A stretch of 31,218 nucleotides of DNA, from positions 1 to 31,218 of the forward strand of contig JALTLT010000461.1 of assembly GCA_027001815.1 (NCBI GenBank), read 5' to 3'. The position numbers and the translations under genes were made by a program. The DNA is from Gammaproteobacteria bacterium (GTDB taxonomy: Bacteria > Pseudomonadota > Gammaproteobacteria > JALTLT01). Positions 26,349-31,218 of the stretch are shown here, piece by piece. How positions within the stretch are numbered: the first letter of the stretch is position 1; each line of letters starts with the position of its first letter. Under the pieces are notes generated by a model. That model saw nothing but the letters and a program-made list of their open reading frames with translations. It did no database searches and was not told the origin of the DNA.

Positions 26349-28478
26349 GTGTTGCCAGGGAAGGGCGATCCAGCGAGTTCCGTTACACCGGCTCCGCGAC
26401 CGCTGCCCGGGTGGGGGGTGCGAGCCGCCTTCTCCCGTCGGCGACCGCCCACCGTCATCCCCTCCCTTGCGATCCACCTGGCCGCACTTCCCGCCTTCCT
26501 CCTGGCCACCCTCTCCTTCCCGCCTCTGCAGCTCTGGCCCGCGGGGCTTGTCGCGCTCGCGCCCCTGATGTGGGCGTTGCCTCGTCTTTCGGCCGGCTGG
26601 GCCCTGGTCAACGGCATGCTCTTCGGCGCATGGACGGGGGGGTACGCCTTCTGGGGCGGGTACGCCTATCATCCCCTCGCCTGGCTCGCGGTGGTCGCCG
26701 CCTGCGGTCTCGTCATGGGGATCGCCGGTTGGGCGTTCCGGCGGCTGGCGACTCTTGGCGGCGGCTGGCTGGCCCCCCTGCCGTGGCTGCTCGCGGAGCA
26801 GCTCCTGCAGGCGCTCGGCGTGCCCTGGAGCTTCGCCCTCATGGTGGGTGGAGAGCCTGCGCTGCTGCAGAGCGCGGCGTTCGGAGGGGCCGGCTGGATC
26901 ACCCTCTCCCTGCTGCTCCTGCAATGGGGGGGTGTGCAGGCGTGGAGGGTGCGGGGTCCCGAGCGGTACCGGCGGTTGTTCCTCGTTCTTCTCGCCCTCG
27001 TCCTGTTGTCGATCGATCCCTCCACGCCTCTCACGGGCGACCCCCTCCGGGTCGCAGTGGTGCAGACCGACATCTCCCGATCCTCTTCCGCCACCGCCGC
27101 CGATTCGGGTCGTCTCGAATCGCTCCTGGAGCAGCGGCGGAGGGGCGTCGAGCGGGCCCTGGCGCAAGAGGGGGGGGAGAGCCCCGAACTGATCGTTCTT
27201 CCCGAACTCTCCTTTCCCGGTTTCGAGTTCGTCGGCGGTGCTCCCCTCGCCGATCTCGCTCGAAGTGGCGGGGTGACCCTGCTGCTCTCTTCCCCCCATC
27301 TGCTGGCCGACGGCCGGCCGGCCAATGCGGTCTTTTCGCTCTCTCCCGACGGCAGGGTGGGCGGCATCCATCTCCAGAGCCGTACCATCCCGATCCTGGA
27401 GAGGGGCTATCTGGCGGGCAGCGAGGTGCGTCCCCTCGATTCCACCCCGGGCAGTCCGGGAACCCTGATCTGTTACGAATCGACCCTCCCCGGGCCGGCG
27501 CGGATGATGACCGCGGCGGGCGCGGGTCTGCTCGTCGTCACCAGCAGTGACGCCTATGCGGGGCCCTCCGTGCTGGCCGCGCTGCATCTGATGATGGATC
27601 GCATCCGTGCCATCGAGAATCGTCGCTATCTGGTGAGGGCTGCCAACGGGGGCCCCAGCGCGGTGATCGATCCGCGGGGCGGGATGGTTGCGCAACTCGG
27701 AGTGTTCGAGGAAGGGGTCCTGCACGCCTCCGTCACCATCCACGAGGAGTTGTCACCCTACAGTCGACACGCTCTCCTTTTCCACATGCTCTGGTGGCTG
27801 GCCGGTCTGACGGCGCTGGCGGTCGCGTTTCTGGGTGGTGGAGCCGTGATCCGCGGGGAGGGATCCGCCACACGCCACGCGCGGGGAGGTGCGGCCGCCG
27901 TCGCCTCCACGGGTGTACTGGCCCTCCTCCCTCTGGTCGTCGCGCTGCAGTGGCAGCACCAGAAGGTGGCGGCCGATTTCCGCCCCGCGGGCAGGGAGGG
28001 AGCGCCCGGGCCTCTCTTTCTCGACCCGTTTCCCGGGGCGGAGGGGTGGCGATTCGAGACGTTTCCGCAGGTCTCCACCCTGCCGGAGGCGGAGGCCGCG
28101 GCGCTGGCCCTGTTGATGCGCCTCTACGGCCGCCCGGTGAGTCCCGCCCGGCTCCTCGAGGAAGGGCACTCGTCGCTGGAAGGGATGGCCAGGCGTCACG
28201 GGCTCTGTGCTAGGCTCCTGGAGAGTCGGCCGACCGGTTCGCAGGGGGGGCGTTCGCCATGGCTGGCCAGGCTCTCCTCCGGCTGGCCGGTGACGGTTCG
28301 CGAGATGGACGAGCGGGCCGTACTGCTCTTCGACCCCCGCCGGCGAGGGTGGGTGATCCTCAGGACGGAGGCCTTCCTCGAGGTGCTGGGCTGGCAGGCG
28401 CTTCGTCTGGTCGCCTGTGGAGAGGGCCGAGATCCCCCGCTCGGCCGATCCTCCCGCCAGCAGCCTGTCGGCCTTTGA
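26349..28478 (+). CDS. lnt: Apolipoprotein N-acyltransferase (Lnt)-like protein fused to a C-terminal, apparently non-catalytic peptidase C39-like domain
   Basis: Multiple N-terminal TMs; VAVVQTDI, IVLPE, LICYES, RAIENRRYLVRAANGGPSAVIDPRG; then two TMs and EAEAAALALLMRLYG...VLLFDP resembling the C39 fold. Divergent paralogue; the symbol marks the family only. Confidence 0.75.
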   Translation: MLPGKGDPASSVTPAPRPLPGWGVRAAFSRRRPPTVIPSLAIHLAALPAFLLATLSFPPLQLWPAGLVALAPLMWALPRLSAGWALVNGMLFGAWTGGYAFWGGYAYHPLAWLAVVAACGLVMGIAGWAFRRLATLGGGWLAPLPWLLAEQLLQALGVPWSFALMVGGEPALLQSAAFGGAGWITLSLLLLQWGGVQAWRVRGPERYRRLFLVLLALVLLSIDPSTPLTGDPLRVAVVQTDISRSSSATAADSGRLESLLEQRRRGVERALAQEGGESPELIVLPELSFPGFEFVGGAPLADLARSGGVTLLLSSPHLLADGRPANAVFSLSPDGRVGGIHLQSRTIPILERGYLAGSEVRPLDSTPGSPGTLICYESTLPGPARMMTAAGAGLLVVTSSDAYAGPSVLAALHLMMDRIRAIENRRYLVRAANGGPSAVIDPRGGMVAQLGVFEEGVLHASVTIHEELSPYSRHALLFHMLWWLAGLTALAVAFLGGGAVIRGEGSATRHARGGAAAVASTGVLALLPLVVALQWQHQKVAADFRPAGREGAPGPLFLDPFPGAEGWRFETFPQVSTLPEAEAAALALLMRLYGRPVSPARLLEEGHSSLEGMARRHGLCARLLESRPTGSQGGRSPWLARLSSGWPVTVREMDERAVLLFDPRRRGWVILRTEAFLEVLGWQALRLVACGEGRDPPLGRSSRQQPVGL

Positions 28479-28568
28479 CAGACCATCGGGTTCTGGTGCT
28501 TTCCGCGGGGCGGAGTGACCTTCAGCCTGAAGTCCGACGGGCTGCTAACAGTTTTCCCCCCTCTTCGG

Positions 28569-28595
28569 TTGACGTCACCGGGGGTTTCGTATATT
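28569..28595 (+). promoter_or_regulatory. Possible sigma70 promoter for the kinase-tad pair
   Basis: TTGACG at 28569-74 and an AT-rich TATATT at 28590-95. The 15-nt spacer is short, so support is weak. Confidence 0.3.
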
Positions 28596-28646
28596 TATTT
28601 CCGGAAACTGCATTTCACTCACGGACAGAGAACAGGGGATCCAGGG

Positions 28647-29618
28647 ATGAGCGATCCAAACCCATGCCTGCCGTTCGACGGCAGAGACCCTTTTCGAACC
28701 ACGCCCCACGCCGAGGTCCGCAGGCTTCCCCTGGCCGAAGAGTTGGTGAGAGAGCCGGTTCCGATCGGTGCCGGCGGCAACTCCAGGCTGTTCCGTCTCG
28801 ACACGTCGGCGGGCGCACTCACCCTCAAGGTCCTGCGGCCCTCCCTGGCGCGCTACGCCCAGCACCGGGCGCGCTTTCTCGAGGAGGCACTCCTCCTGCG
28901 GCGCCTCCGGCGGGTGGAAGGGGTACCCCGTTTCGCGGGCAGTGGGCGTTGGCAGGGTCAGCCGGTCATCGCCTACCAGCATGTGACGGGTGTCTCCCTG
29001 CAGCGATTCATGTCCGCCGCCCCCTCCAGGGGTCTGCCTCCCTTGCTGGCGGTCGAGATGACGGTGGGGCTGCTCAATGTCCTCTGTCAGCTCCACCATC
29101 CGGCTGTGGCCGTGACACACGGGGACATCAGCCTCGAGAACGTTCTTCTCGACCGACAGAGACGAATCTGGCTGATCGACTTCGGGAGCGCCGCGCCGGC
29201 GGACGCCTCGTGCCGCCGGCCCGGTTCCCTGGCCGTCAAGCCGCGCTGTCTCTCTCCGGAGCAGGCGAAAGGGCATCCCTGGGCGGAGGCGAGTGATCTC
29301 TACCAGGTGGGACTGGTGTTCTACCGGCTTCTCACCGGCCGGCATCTCAATCCGGGGCGCGTACCGGCGAGGGCGAGGGTGTTCGCCGCCAATCCGCCCC
29401 CGGTGGACTATCGGGGCGTGCATCCCGCCCTTCGGACCTTTCTGGCCAACCTCCTCGATCCCGACCCACGGAACCGGTGGAGCGCAGCCCCGCAGGCGAG
29501 AGACGTGTTGCAATGGATCCATGCGGAACTGGAGGAGGCGCAGTCGGGCCGGATACAGCGCTGGCGGCCGATCCTTCGAGCCACTCCGCGGCGCATCTTC
29601 AAGGGAGAGGAGAGATGA
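28647..29618 (+). CDS. Hanks-type Ser/Thr protein kinase, soluble
   Basis: IGAGGNS (Gly loop), LTLKVL (Lys), EEALLL (alpha-C Glu), HGDISLENVLL, LIDFGSA, LSPEQ, SDLYQVG; start ATG 28647; no TM segment. Confidence 0.88.
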   Translation: MSDPNPCLPFDGRDPFRTTPHAEVRRLPLAEELVREPVPIGAGGNSRLFRLDTSAGALTLKVLRPSLARYAQHRARFLEEALLLRRLRRVEGVPRFAGSGRWQGQPVIAYQHVTGVSLQRFMSAAPSRGLPPLLAVEMTVGLLNVLCQLHHPAVAVTHGDISLENVLLDRQRRIWLIDFGSAAPADASCRRPGSLAVKPRCLSPEQAKGHPWAEASDLYQVGLVFYRLLTGRHLNPGRVPARARVFAANPPPVDYRGVHPALRTFLANLLDPDPRNRWSAAPQARDVLQWIHAELEEAQSGRIQRWRPILRATPRRIFKGEER

Positions 29619-30892
29619 AAAGGGAAGTGAGGAGGCCGCTCCGCGGCTCCCAGGAAGGACAGGCCCTCGTCCTCGGTCTGGTGCTGCTCATGATCGCTCT
29701 CGCCACGGTGGTGGTGATGTACAACAACACCCAGGTCACCACCGAGAAGGTGAAGGTGGTGAATGCGGCCGACGCGGCGGCCTACAGTGGCGCGGTGTTC
29801 GTGGCCCGAAACCTCAATTTCATGGCCTATACCAATCGTGCCCTGATCGCCAATCACGTCGCGGCCGGACACTACGTCTCCATCTCCTCGTGGGTGCGCT
29901 ACATGAACGAGTCGATGGAGGATCTGGAACAGGTGGGTGACATGGTCTGGTGGATCCCCTATGTGGGGCCCTGGATCGAGCGGATCACCGACATCATGGC
30001 CGAGGTGGCCGAACAGATCGAGGAGGTGGTGGACCTGCTGGGGGGGGATGTACTCCTGCCTCTGGTGGACGGCATGGGAGGCGTGATGTCTCTCGCCCAG
30101 AGCGCGGCGGCGGGGCAGTCCCTCGGTGGTGTCACCGTGGGAGGCTTCTCCATGCCGATCGGCACCCTCATGAGGGAGGTCGCCCAGACCTACGACGACC
30201 GGATCCGGGTCAACGATTCCGGAGATCTTGGGACCACGGAGGCGGCGATCATCGCGGCCCGCATCGCGATGGAGAACGGTCGCATCATGAATGTGGTCGA
30301 ACGTACCGATGCCGCAAGTGACTCCGGGGAGCTGGAGCAGATGGTGGATCTCAGCCTTGGAGGGTCCCGTGCCTGGATCCAGGGGAATCGGGGATGGAGT
30401 CTGGAACCGCCGGTGATCAATCTCGTCTGGTGGCTGGAGAAGAGGGGTTCCACCCGCCATCTGCGAGACGGGTCGAAGCTGGACTGGGACGCCTCCGACG
30501 AACTGGTGCATCACTGGTTCAGTTTCGATCCGAAGGACTGGGGATGGCACGAGGATACCTGGGCGAGGGGTCAGACCCGGGCCAGCGACCTGGCACTCGG
30601 CGGGCGCTACGATCCGATCCCTTCCTACTACCGGACGGCGCGGAGTGAAGGGAGAGGAGCACAGGATACGGTGTTGTCGATCACCGCCTACTGCGTCCTG
30701 CCCATGGATGCCGCGCGCCAGAAGCCGCTGCTGGGCCTCGACTCCGGCGTCGACTCCATCACGCATGCCGCGGTTGCCGAGATCCATTACCAGAGGCCCC
30801 GGGCGGGTTTCGGTGGTGACATGGAGGAGTATGCGAACCTCTACAATCCCTTCTGGGAGGCCAGGCTGGCCAGTGATCTGGTATCCCTCTAG
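29615..30892 (+). CDS. Tad/Flp pilus assembly TadG-related pseudopilin-like protein
   Basis: GQALVLGLVLLMI (prepilin-like G-Q cleavage site and TM), then N.TQVTTEKVKVVNAADAAAYSGA...ARNLNFMAYTNRALIANHV; ATGA overlap with the kinase stop; GGAG RBS. Confidence 0.8.
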   Translation: MKREVRRPLRGSQEGQALVLGLVLLMIALATVVVMYNNTQVTTEKVKVVNAADAAAYSGAVFVARNLNFMAYTNRALIANHVAAGHYVSISSWVRYMNESMEDLEQVGDMVWWIPYVGPWIERITDIMAEVAEQIEEVVDLLGGDVLLPLVDGMGGVMSLAQSAAAGQSLGGVTVGGFSMPIGTLMREVAQTYDDRIRVNDSGDLGTTEAAIIAARIAMENGRIMNVVERTDAASDSGELEQMVDLSLGGSRAWIQGNRGWSLEPPVINLVWWLEKRGSTRHLRDGSKLDWDASDELVHHWFSFDPKDWGWHEDTWARGQTRASDLALGGRYDPIPSYYRTARSEGRGAQDTVLSITAYCVLPMDAARQKPLLGLDSGVDSITHAAVAEIHYQRPRAGFGGDMEEYANLYNPFWEARLASDLVSL

Positions 30893-30967
30893 CAGGATGT
30901 TGAAAACGGCGGAGCAGCCATGCACCGCGGCGCAGGCCGTCGAAAAACGGTGTTTTCCAACAGCCTG
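30893..30967 (-). mobile_element. MITE-like element copy 6 (75-bp internal-deletion derivative, inverted)
   Basis: Reverse complement caggctgttggaaaacaccgtttttcgacggcctgcgccgcggtgcatggctgctccgccgttttcaacatcctg matches the first ~67 nt of copy 2 joined to its right end; flanks CTAG / CCAG. Confidence 0.8.
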
Positions 30968-31218
30968 CCAGCGTCACTGAAAGGGAAGCGGTGCATCCGG
31001 GCACCGGCGCCGCTCACAGGATGTGGAACCAGCCCTTTTCAGGCACCCTCGCATGAACGGCCGAGCGGCCTCTCCTCGAGAGCCCCTGGAACGGTTCCCG
31101 ACACCCTGCGGGGGCGCGGATCGGGGGAGAGGACCGGCAAGTGTGAAGAAACGGACCTCCCGGTGGAGAGGGAGGTGGATGCCCGCAGGAGGGAGAGGAC
31201 GTGGAACGGTGCGTAACG

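Noticed and set aside
30968-31218. Start of a further gene (possibly tad-related) at the right edge
   Set aside because: Purine-rich RBS-like runs and candidate starts (ATG ~31179, GTG ~31201) exist, but too few codons are in the window to identify anything.

Overview
High-GC, Gammaproteobacteria-like chromosomal window with no rRNA, tRNA or CRISPR array visible. Left to right it contains: (1) the 3' end of an Fe-S/CCG-domain oxidoreductase; (2) a lower-GC copper island (copS-copR divergent from copA-copB-cupredoxin, with a CopR/CusR box), bracketed by two copies of a small inverted-repeat element; (3) housekeeping genes (DUF2905-like, rpiA, ilvA, argG) and a SWIM-SNF2 helicase; (4) a second copper system, cusCBA with CusF fused to CusB, preceded by a Cys/His-rich upstream ORF and followed by a PII-like gene; (5) sigma32-type htpG; (6) a membrane GGDEF-EAL gene divergent from three same-strand genes: an Lnt-like acyltransferase fused to a non-catalytic C39-like domain, a Ser/Thr kinase and a translationally coupled TadG-like protein. 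Three things stand out. First, a set of mutually exclusive RNA helices between the uORF stop and the cusC ribosome-binding site looks like a ribosome-position-controlled, possibly metal-responsive translational switch. Second, six copies of a 161-bp MITE-like hairpin element and its deletion derivatives sit on stop codons and between convergent genes. Third, the Lnt-C39-like / kinase / TadG-like cluster is an unusual combination. All annotation is by motif recognition and hand alignment; no database searches or folding programs were run.
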